Positions 13,643-20,582 of a stretch of DNA of 20,582 bases are shown here, piece by piece. How positions within the stretch are numbered: position 1 is the first letter of the stretch; every line of letters starts with the position of its first letter. The translations under genes and the position numbers were made by a program. The notes beneath the pieces are model-generated. The model was given only the letters and a program-made list of their open reading frames with translations. It was not told where the DNA came from and searched no databases. The stretch is from an uncultured Myxococcales bacterium (GTDB lineage: Bacteria > Myxococcota > Myxococcia > Myxococcales > Myxococcaceae): contig CAIWFK010000823.1 in NCBI GenBank assembly GCA_903911905.1, positions 1 through 20,582 on the forward strand, read 5' to 3'.

Positions 13643-15394
13643 TCACTGGGTGCGGGTCGACCACTTCTGCGTCGCGCTGTCGAAGGTGACGATGGTGGTC
13701 TGGTCGGGCAGCACCACCGCGCGGGTACTCGACGAGCTGCCGTCGGCCAGCTTCACGGTGATTTTCAGCGACCCGGCCGGCACCCGGTGATTGACCGGCG
13801 GCTCGCCCCAGTCTTCGCTGCCCACCGCGATGGTGGCGCGGGCCCCGCTGACGTTGATGCGCAGCTTGCCTTCGCCCACCGGAATGGCGGCCTCGACGGG
13901 CGCGGGCGTGCTCGAGGGCGCGTCCTTCTTTTCCGGCACGTCTTTCGGCGGGCGGGGCGGTCTGGGGGTCGTCGGGCGCGGGGCCGGCACTGGCGGCACC
14001 GTCGGCGGCGCTGGCACGGGGGCTGGTGTCGGCGCGACGGGCTCGGCCGCAGGTTCTTGTCGAACGTCGACGTCGGGCACCGCGATTCTTACCGCCGGTC
14101 GAGGTGGTTCGACGGCGGTCGCCACCGGCGTGGGCGGCTCACCAGGCGGCAGCGGGCTGGGCACGCCGGCATCGGTCAGCAACACCACCAGCCCCACGCC
14201 CAGCGCGATGCTGGCCAGGAACGACAGCGCGACCAGCACGGTCTTCGCCGAGGTGCGCCGGGGCGGCACCGGGTCGAGCCGCTCGGTGCGCATGGGGCGA
14301 GGCGGTCGAACCGGGCCCGGCGCGGTGATGACAGGGGCGGGCAGCGGCCGCTCGTTGACCCGCTCGTCGAGCGTCTGGGCCGGAGGAGGCGGCGGGGGCA
14401 GCGGCGCGGGCGCAGGCACCTGCACCGCGGGGAAGATGCTCGAGCGACTGCCTCCGCCCGAGGTGAGCGTGCCCTGGTCGTCGACGTAGCCCAGCAGGCT
14501 CGACTGGCTCAGGCGCACGCGGGCATCGAAGGCGGCCTTCTCGAGCGCCTCGCGCATCTCTCGCGCGCTCTGGTATCGCTGCTCGGGCTTGACCATCAGC
14601 GAGCGGGTCACCACCGCGCTCAGGCCTTCGGGCAGTCCGGGGAAGGCCTGGTCGAGCGACTTCCACTGCCCGCGTACCAGCGCCGCGTGGCGGTCGGCGA
14701 GGTTGGTGAAGTCGTCGAAGGGGGTCGCGCCCGAGGCCAGCTTGTAGAGCGTGACGCCCAACGAGAAGAGGTCGCTGCGACCGTCGAGCCGCTTGCCCAT
14801 GGCCTGCTCGGGCGAGAAATAGCCCGCCTTGCCCTTGGTGACGCCGGGCATGGTGAGGTTGCGGTTGGTGGCGGCCTTGGCAATGCCGAAGTCGATGAGC
14901 TTCAAGGCCCCCGCGCTCGAGAGCAGCAGGTTGTGCGGCGAGACGTCGCGGTGCACCAGGTCGACGGTGCCGCCCTCGACGGTGAGCGCGTGCACGGCCT
15001 CGAGCGCGCCACAGCAGGCCACGCCGATGGCGAAGATGGCCTCGTCCGAGAAGCGCTGTTCCCTGCCTCGCATGATGCGGTTGATGGTGGCGAGCGTCTC
15101 GCCGGCCACCAGTTCCATCACCATGAAGAGCTGCCCGTCGTCGCTCTCACCCACCTCGTAGATGTGCACGATGTTGGGGTGCGAGAGCGTTCAGGCGGTG
15201 CGCGCCTCGTCGAGGAACATCTCGCGGAACTCGCTCGACTCGGAATACTCGGGCCGAATCACCTTCACCGCGACGGGGCGGGTGATGCCTCCGGTGAGGT
15301 CCTGCTCGGCGCGGTACACCTCGGCCATGCCACCCTGCGCGATGAGGCGCGAGATGGTGTAGCGACCGATGCGGGTACCGGCGTCGAGTGACAT
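13643..15394 (-). pseudogene. Membrane Ser/Thr protein kinase with a C-terminal PEGA-like domain, interrupted by an in-frame TGA at 15191-15193. The catalytic loop is degenerate.
   Basis: ORFs 15191-15394 and 13643-15169 are in the same frame, separated by a single TGA: '...FREMFLDEARTA*TLSHPNIVHIYEV...'. The N-lobe has 'IAQGGMAEVYRA' and 'VAVKVIRPE'. The catalytic loop is 'HRDVSPHNLL' (Lys of HRDLKPxN replaced). The DFG and SPE motifs are 'LIDFG' and 'GYFSPE'. The protein continues with a Pro-rich linker, a TM helix 'VLVALSFLASIALGVGLVVLL', a Pro-rich spacer and a PEGA-like beta domain ('GKLRINVSGARATIAVGSEDWG...HRVPAGSLKITVKL'). Confidence 0.7.
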
Positions 15395-15413
15395 CGAAGA
15401 GACGACCCCGCGG

Positions 15414-16565
15414 TCACCAACTGGTCAGAATGTCGGTCGTCGGAATCGTCACGCAGCCGCCGCCGGTGACGGGCATGTCGTTGGTGAGGTCCCATTCCTG
15501 GAAGGTGGCCGGGCCGGTGAGCGTGAGGTGCGCGGTGCCGGCGTCGGCGCGGTCGGCGCGGGTGGCGGTCATGCTGCCGCTGCGGGCGAAGTAGTTGGGG
15601 CCGGTGCAGCCGCCAGTCGACGTGCAGTTGGTGCTGTAGCTCGCGCAGAACAGGCAGTTGCTGAAGTTGGGCTCGCTCGCCAGGTTCCGGGTGCTGGGCA
15701 CCACGACGCCGGTGGGCGTGTTGCCGAGCGACCACACCACGTCGAGCTCGAGATAGGCGGTGGACGCACCCTTCAGGCCGGCCGTCAGCTCGAACGAGCC
15801 AGGCTGGTTGACGTAGCCGCCACTGACCGTGCTGGGCAGGGTGATGGGGGTGCAGCCGCCGCCACCCGCGCCACCGGTGCCCGTGCCGCCACCGGTCGCG
15901 GTGCCACCGCCGGTGCCAGCGGTCACGCAGCCGAAGGGCGTGCAGCTCTGGCCCGACTGGCAGGCCATGCAGCGCGCGCCGCCGGTGCCACAGAACGACA
16001 AGCTCTGCTGCGCGAAGGTGACGCAGTTGCCGTTGAGGTCGGTGCAGCCCGAGCAGGTGGTGCCGCCGCCGCCGCCGGTCGCCCCGGTGACGCAGGTGCC
16101 CGTCGAGGCATTGCACGCCAGCCCGAGCCCGCTGCAGTTGGTGCACACCTGCCCGTTGCGGCCACAGCTCGTCGCACCGGTGCCCAGCTGGCAGCCTGCG
16201 GCGGTGCAGCAACCGTTGCAGGTCGACGGCGAGCAGCTCGTCGTGCCGCCGCCACCGCCGGTCGCGAACCCGCCGCCCGTGGCGAAGCCACCACCGGTCG
16301 AGCCGTTGCCGCCACCCGCGCTGCCCAGCAGGCACACGCCCTGGTTGCAGGAGTCTCCGAGCGGGCACATGCGGCACTGGTTGCCCGACGCGCCGCAGGC
16401 CGCCACGTCGCTGCCGGGCTGGCAGTGGTTGGTCAGGTCGCAACAGCCGCTGGGGCAGCTGCGGGCGTCACAGTGCGCGGCGGTGCCACCGCCACACGAC
16501 GCGCCGAGGGAAAGGAGAAAACCGAGAAGGAAGCCGGGAACGAGCCAGCGCCAGGGGCCGTGCAT
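15414..16565 (-). CDS. Secreted modular Cys/Gly-rich protein: a signal peptide, then three Cys-rich modules separated by poly-Gly/Thr linkers, then a C-terminal beta-rich domain.
   Basis: The start was chosen at the internal Met 'MHGPWRWLVPGFLLGFLLSLGAS-CGGG' (classic n/h/c signal regions). The ORF extends to 16619 (alternative start MLAARHG). Module 1 is 'CDARSCPSGCCDLTNHCQPGSDVAACGASGNQCRMCPLGDSCNQGVC'. The linker 'GGGFATGGGFATGGGGG' follows. Modules 2 and 3 have the same C-x(2,4)-C / G-x-C rhythm. GC3 is strong. The gene lies 19 nt upstream of the kinase gene on the same strand. Confidence 0.6.
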   Translation of the reverse strand: MHGPWRWLVPGFLLGFLLSLGASCGGGTAAHCDARSCPSGCCDLTNHCQPGSDVAACGASGNQCRMCPLGDSCNQGVCLLGSAGGGNGSTGGGFATGGGFATGGGGGTTSCSPSTCNGCCTAAGCQLGTGATSCGRNGQVCTNCSGLGLACNASTGTCVTGATGGGGGTTCSGCTDLNGNCVTFAQQSLSFCGTGGARCMACQSGQSCTPFGCVTAGTGGGTATGGGTGTGGAGGGGCTPITLPSTVSGGYVNQPGSFELTAGLKGASTAYLELDVVWSLGNTPTGVVVPSTRNLASEPNFSNCLFCASYSTNCTSTGGCTGPNYFARSGSMTATRADRADAGTAHLTLTGPATFQEWDLTNDMPVTGGGCVTIPTTDILTSW

Positions 16566-16651
16566 GGGCCCCACATCCACCACTGTTGGGGCTCGAAGTC
16601 CATGCCGGGCAGCCAACATGGCGCGCTGGGGTTGTGACAGAGTGCGCGCCC

Positions 16652-17488
16652 ATGAAACGCCTCATCGTGCTGACCCTCCTCGCTGCGGCCGCCTGCGGCG
16701 GCAAGGACTCGAGCAAGCGCACGGCTGATCAACTCGCCGCGCTCGAAAAGAAGCGGGCCGAGGAAAAGAAGGCCGAGAAGGTCGACAAGCTGGCGCCCCT
16801 GGTGGCCGAAGTGCTCCACCTGCCCGCGCCCTACGACGAGAGCGGCGCGCTGGTGGTGCTGCCCGACGGCCCGTGCCCCGACGGCCTGTGGGCCTTCTTC
16901 CCGGGGGAAGCGCCCGGCAGCACGCCCGACGAGAAGAAGGCCAACGCTGCGCACCGCAAGGACCTGGTGGCGGCGCTCAGCAGCCGAACCATTCTGGTGA
17001 AGCTGCGCTCGCCGGCCACGGTGACGCTCTCGCCCTACGACGCGCCCAACGGCAAGTTCCTCATCGACGTGGTGGGCACCATCGACTGCACCGATTCCCT
17101 GGGCCGCATCGCGCTGGCGTGGACCGACGCGAAGGCCACCACGCCCGGCAATTCGGCCGCGAAGGAAGGCGCCGACCTGACCCAGAACGTGTGGGTCGCG
17201 CCGCCAGTGACCTTCGAGTTGTTCATCAAGTCGCTGACCGAGGCCAAGACCTTCAACGACAAGAACCGCTTCGGGCTCTCGGCCCGCGTGGCCTTCACGC
17301 CCGGCAAGGCCGAGGTCGACAAGAAGGTGACGAAGGTGAAGAAGGTGAAGGCCGAGGCGGCGGGCGAGAAGCTCTCGTTCGGCGGCGGCAGCGAAGACTG
17401 GGGTGCCGGTCGCCTGCTGCGCGGCACGCTTCAGGGCGTGCGCGTCGCCACCGAGCAGGAAAAGAAGGAGCTGTTCAACAAGAAGTGA
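16652..17488 (+). CDS. Putative lipoprotein of unknown function.
   Basis: Trimmed to 'MKRLIVLTLLAAAACGGKD' (signal peptide plus lipobox-like LAAAAC). The mature protein is Lys/Ala-rich at both ends with a central globular part. It is divergent from the Cys-rich gene, with 87 bp between starts. Confidence 0.6.
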   Translation: MKRLIVLTLLAAAACGGKDSSKRTADQLAALEKKRAEEKKAEKVDKLAPLVAEVLHLPAPYDESGALVVLPDGPCPDGLWAFFPGEAPGSTPDEKKANAAHRKDLVAALSSRTILVKLRSPATVTLSPYDAPNGKFLIDVVGTIDCTDSLGRIALAWTDAKATTPGNSAAKEGADLTQNVWVAPPVTFELFIKSLTEAKTFNDKNRFGLSARVAFTPGKAEVDKKVTKVKKVKAEAAGEKLSFGGGSEDWGAGRLLRGTLQGVRVATEQEKKELFNKK

Positions 17489-17697
17489 CGGGTCAGCGGC
17501 GTTGCTGCGGGCGCCGCGAGCGAACCGGTACGGGCACCGGTGCCGGCCTGCCAAGCGCCTTGCCCAACAGCGCCGCCGCCGCCCCAAGAACAATCGCCCC
17601 CAGCACTGGCAACACCACCGTGACGTCCATGAATCAAAGCTAACCATGAGCGCCGCGCACTGCAAAAGGGGCCAGGGTAGGTCGAAGGCCCACCCGA

Positions 17698-18375
17698 ATG
17701 GTGCCGTGGTGGATCGCCCTGTTGCGCGAGCGGCAACTCACCTGCGCCATGACGGCACTGCTGGCGCACATGTCCAATGACTTCGCGGCTCGAGCGGCCC
17801 AGTCGAACGAGGTGGTCGACCCGCTGCGGGCCCTTGCGCTCGCCGCCCGCGATGGAGAATCGGCCGCGTTCTCGCGCCTCTACGAGCGCACCCGCGATCA
17901 GGCCTGGCGGGTGCTGTACCGCGTGGTTGGAAATTCGCCCGATCTCGAAGACCTGCTCCAGGAATCGTACATTCAACTGATGCGGGCCCTGCAGTCGTAC
18001 CGGGGAGAGTCGCGGGTCTCGACCTTCCTGCACCGGGTCTGCGTGAACGTGGGGTTGATGCACCTGCGCAGCAAGAAGCGCCGCCGCGAAGAGTTGAGCG
18101 ACGAGGTGCCCGAGACGGCCGCGCCCGAAACGACCGACCCGCACCGCGCCGCGCAAATCAAGCAGGCAGCCGATCTGGTTCAGCGTGCCCTGAGCACCCT
18201 GAGCGAAGAGAAGGCCAGCGTCTTCGTCTACCACGACCTGCTCGGCCTCAAGCCCGAGGAGATTTCCGAGCTGCTCGACTGCCCCGCCAACACCGTGCGC
18301 AGTCGGCTCAACCGGGCGCGCGCCGACTTCACCGACGCCGTCGGTGCGCTGACCCGCGAAGGGAAGGCCCCATGA
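17698..18375 (+). CDS. ECF (group IV) RNA polymerase sigma factor.
   Basis: Region 2 is 'FSRLYERTRDQAWRVLYRVVGNSPDLEDLLQESYIQLMRAL...STFLHRVCVNVGLMHLR'. Region 4 is 'VFVYHDLLGLKPEEISELLDCPANTVRSRLNRARADF'. The start is uncertain: ATG at 17698, 17749 or 17773. The 3' end overlaps the anti-sigma start (ATGA). Confidence 0.85.
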   Translation: MVPWWIALLRERQLTCAMTALLAHMSNDFAARAAQSNEVVDPLRALALAARDGESAAFSRLYERTRDQAWRVLYRVVGNSPDLEDLLQESYIQLMRALQSYRGESRVSTFLHRVCVNVGLMHLRSKKRRREELSDEVPETAAPETTDPHRAAQIKQAADLVQRALSTLSEEKASVFVYHDLLGLKPEEISELLDCPANTVRSRLNRARADFTDAVGALTREGKAP

Positions 18376-19877
18376 GCCACCTCGAACACGAGCACCTCTG
18401 GGCCCACGTGCACGACGGCGCGCCACTCGGCGAAGCCGCCAGGGAGCACCTCGAGGGCTGCTCCGACTGCACCGCCACCCTCGACGACATTCGCGTCGCC
18501 CTCTCGGCGCTCGCCGCGCTTCCGCCCGTGCCCGACCTGCCGCTCGCCGTGGCGCGGCGGGTGGGCGACGCGCTGGCCGAAGAAGCCGACCGCCGCGCTG
18601 CCCGTTCCTTCGCCCCCTGGTGGCGGCGCCTGCTCGAGCCCCGCTTCGCGCTCGCCGCCGTGGCCGCCGTGGCGCTGGTGCTCTGGGCGCTCGCCACGGT
18701 GGTGACGCCGCGCCCGGTGCAGGGGCCCGTGGCCGTGCTGCCGCCCGCACCGCCGGTCGCGCCCGTCGAGCCGCGGGTCGACCCCGCCGTCGCGCCCGCG
18801 CCGCCTCCCCTGCCCGCACCCCAGCCCGTGCGTCACCCGCTGACCGCCAGCGTGGCCAGCGCGTCTCGCGCCTCGGTGGGAAACCAGAGCGCGAAGCGCG
18901 CGCAGCCGCTCGGTGAAGGCAGCGTGCTCGCCACCGCTCCCGGCGGCAGTCTGTGGCTGCGCTTGCCCGACGGCACCCGCGCTGGCTTGACGGGTGCTTC
19001 CCAGGTGACACTCGCCACCCTCGAGCAGGGCACCCTCGCGCTCGAGCTGACTCACGGCAGCCTGGCGATGGTGGTGCCGCACCGCGCCGATCGGCTGCTC
19101 ACCGTGCACGCCGGTGAAGTCGTGGTGAAGGACCTCGGTACCCGTTTCCTGGTCTCGACCGATTCGCCCGGTCGCGTGCTGGTCGCGGTCGAGGAAGGCG
19201 AAGTCGAAGTCACCACGCCCGTCGGCTCCCAGACGCTCAAGGCCGGCCATGCCGTGCGCTGGGCCAACGGCAAGGTCGACCCCTTGACCTGGGAAAGCAC
19301 GCCCGCCGCACCGACCTCGACGCCCACGCCGGCCTCGCGACTGCACGACGACGAGAGCGACGAGGCCGACGTGTTGCCCGACGCGCAGCAGCTCGAAGTG
19401 ACCCCCGCACCGGCCCCTGAGCCGGAACCAGCCACCACCGCTCCGGTGCCGCACACTGCTTCGAGCGAAGAGGAATGGGCCCAGCTCCCGCCGCAGGGCC
19501 GCGAGCCTGCGCCAGGCACCGTCTCGCCTGGCCCGCCGCGCCCGGTTCCTGCGCCGACCCCGCGCGTGAACGAGACGGGCTTCAGCTTGCGCCTGCTCGA
19601 GAAGAAGCTGCTCGAGGTGCAGAAGGGGCTGCCGTTCGTGGGCGTGGCCGCCATTCGCGAAGGTCAGGTGCGCACCATCACCCATCTGGCCGATGCGGGT
19701 GACTGTGGCGCGGCGCTCTCGGCGGCGGACCAGTGGCTGGCCTCGGTGCCCACCGAGAACCGCAACGAGCTGCGCTGGCGGCGCGCGGTGCTGATGCAGA
19801 AGATGCGGTGCCTCAATCGCCTGGGCCGGGTGACCGAAGCGAGCGCGGTGAAGGCCGAACTCGAGGTCGGGCCGTGA
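18372..19877 (+). CDS. Membrane anti-sigma factor: an N-terminal zinc-binding anti-sigma (ZAS-type) motif, one TM helix, a periplasmic FecR-like domain, a Pro-rich linker and a C-terminal helical domain.
   Basis: 'HLEGCSDC' is the H-x3-C-x2-C motif. The TM helix is 'FALAAVAAVALVLWALATVV'. The FecR-like beta region is 'LWLRLPDGTRAGLTGASQVTLATLEQGTLALELTHGSLAMVV...GEVVVKDLGTRFLVST...GEVEVTTPVGSQTLKAGHAVRW'. The gene is translationally coupled to the sigma gene. Confidence 0.8.
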   Translation: MSHLEHEHLWAHVHDGAPLGEAAREHLEGCSDCTATLDDIRVALSALAALPPVPDLPLAVARRVGDALAEEADRRAARSFAPWWRRLLEPRFALAAVAAVALVLWALATVVTPRPVQGPVAVLPPAPPVAPVEPRVDPAVAPAPPPLPAPQPVRHPLTASVASASRASVGNQSAKRAQPLGEGSVLATAPGGSLWLRLPDGTRAGLTGASQVTLATLEQGTLALELTHGSLAMVVPHRADRLLTVHAGEVVVKDLGTRFLVSTDSPGRVLVAVEEGEVEVTTPVGSQTLKAGHAVRWANGKVDPLTWESTPAAPTSTPTPASRLHDDESDEADVLPDAQQLEVTPAPAPEPEPATTAPVPHTASSEEEWAQLPPQGREPAPGTVSPGPPRPVPAPTPRVNETGFSLRLLEKKLLEVQKGLPFVGVAAIREGQVRTITHLADAGDCGAALSAADQWLASVPTENRNELRWRRAVLMQKMRCLNRLGRVTEASAVKAELEVGP

Positions 19878-19883
19878 CCGTCG

Positions 19884-20360
19884 CTACTTGATGCGCGAGA
19901 GCACCGCGTCGAAGAGCGCCATCTCGAGCCGCTCGGCGTTGGCGTCGCTGATGGTGTCGATGGAACACGAGATGCGCGTGTTGCCCTGCTGCTTGAGCGC
20001 GGTGATGACCTTGCCACGCCCCGTCACCGGGTCCTCGCCGCGCTTCAAGACGAACGAGAAGGCCAGGGGGTCGCCTTCCTTCATCGACGTGGGAACGATG
20101 GTCGAGAAGCCCGAGCGCGAGATGTCCTTGGTCAGGCCCTGGTAGAGGTTGTTGATTTCCACGGTGTAGACCTGCGCCACGCGGAAGAACCTCCGCGCGT
20201 TCTGCCCTTCGGGCACGGTCAGCCCCTGCGAGGAGACCAGCGAGCGCGCCAGCTCTTCGCGCATCGACAGGTAGCGACGGGTCTCGCCTTCGCTGAGCCG
20301 GCCGGCGCGCATCTTCTCGTGCTGCTCACGAAAGCCCGAAAGCCACTGCCCTGGGTCCAT
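19884..20360 (-). CDS. PilZ-domain (c-di-GMP-binding) protein.
   Basis: Trimmed to 'MDPGQWLSGFREQHEK...' (158 aa). SD GGAGAGG lies 9-15 nt upstream. The PilZ motifs are 'RRFFR' (RxxxR) and 'DISRSGFS' (D/NxSxxG), at the correct spacing. The ORF upstream extension (MGVALRTPRGPRPMRLRARP...) is Arg/Pro-rich junk. Confidence 0.75.
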   Translation of the reverse strand: MDPGQWLSGFREQHEKMRAGRLSEGETRRYLSMREELARSLVSSQGLTVPEGQNARRFFRVAQVYTVEINNLYQGLTKDISRSGFSTIVPTSMKEGDPLAFSFVLKRGEDPVTGRGKVITALKQQGNTRISCSIDTISDANAERLEMALFDAVLSRIK

Positions 20361-20476
20361 GTCGGCAGCCTCTCCGGGTTCTCGTGGTGAGTCAATTTGC
20401 CACGTTGGAAAATTACACTTCCGACGAAACGGGCGCGCCCGAAGCCGCATTGGTCGCGGGCCCCGAGGAGTGCGAA

Positions 20477-20582
20477 GAGCCACGCCCATGCCCTTCCGGC
20501 TGATGCCGCCCGCGCTGCGCTTTGCTCCCGACGAGCTGTACCGGGTGCCGACCGAAGACGGCAGCGCGGTGGCGATGGGGCG
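20477..20582 (+). CDS. 5' end of an unidentified gene (MPFRLMPPALRFAPDELYRVPTEDGSAVAMG...) running off the window.
   Basis: An ATG follows an AT-richer promoter-like stretch, and the frame is open to the window end with good GC3. Too short to classify. Confidence 0.35.

Noticed and set aside
15191-15193. Considered whether the in-frame TGA in the kinase encodes selenocysteine or is read through.
   Set aside because: The position lies in a generic alphaC-to-beta4 linker where no kinase uses Sec. There is no obvious stem-loop immediately downstream. A simple nonsense change or a sequencing error is far more parsimonious.
13787-15391. 534-aa plus-strand ORF and the 232-aa, 175-aa and 110-aa ORFs in the kinase region.
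   Set aside because: Antisense or alternative frames of the Ser/Thr kinase; Gly/Arg-rich with no domain signatures.
15265-16637. 392-aa minus-strand and 422-aa plus-strand ORFs overlapping the Cys-rich gene.
   Set aside because: Alternative frames. Only the 15414-16619 frame has a signal peptide and ordered Cys modules.
17431-19685. 526-aa and 485-aa minus-strand ORFs.
   Set aside because: Antisense to the ECF sigma / anti-sigma pair, whose products carry canonical region-2 and region-4 motifs and a ZAS motif.
1-20582. Looked for CRISPR arrays, tRNA/rRNA genes, IS elements, integrases and prophage structural genes.
   Set aside because: There are no regularly spaced direct repeats with unique spacers, no cloverleaf-like conserved tRNA boxes, and no transposase or integrase motifs in any frame. 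The only repeat structures are the intergenic GGTGGGG array and the intragenic low-complexity Gly and Gln codon runs.

Overview
This 20.6 kb window is high-GC (roughly 70%) and densely coding, with the gene content of a Myxococcota (delta-proteobacterial) chromosome. Homology calls are by eye from the translations, and the very strong G/C third-position codon bias was used to tell real frames from the many long spurious ORFs. I support 18 coding features. They are: (1) a 5'-truncated hybrid histidine kinase. (2) A convergent 713-aa gene that is unmistakably a major vault protein (MVP) homolog. (3-4) Two small unknown genes directly upstream of it, one of which is 76 aa and ends in LRGGGG. (5) A GH25 lysozyme with no signal peptide. 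(6) A GNAT acetyltransferase. (7) An MglA-family small GTPase paralog whose stop overlaps the start of (8) a cytoplasmic PocR-domain histidine kinase. (9) A YebC/PmpR-family regulator. (10-11) An operon of a 1047-aa triple-TM protein with a very long charged, Q-rich coiled coil, followed by a TPR protein carrying an HExxH zinc-peptidase motif. (12) A PEGA-type Ser/Thr kinase interrupted by an in-frame TGA. (13) A secreted modular Cys/Gly-rich protein. (14) A lipoprotein. (15-16) An ECF sigma factor and ZAS/FecR-type anti-sigma pair. (17) A PilZ protein. (18) A 3'-truncated ORF at the window edge. There are no rRNA, tRNA, CRISPR, IS or phage integrase signals. The most unusual items are the bacterial MVP locus, the MglA-paralog plus PocR-kinase pair that lacks an MglB partner, and the coiled-coil membrane protein / metallopeptidase operon, which sits downstream of an intergenic region carrying 30-bp-phased GGTGGGG repeats.
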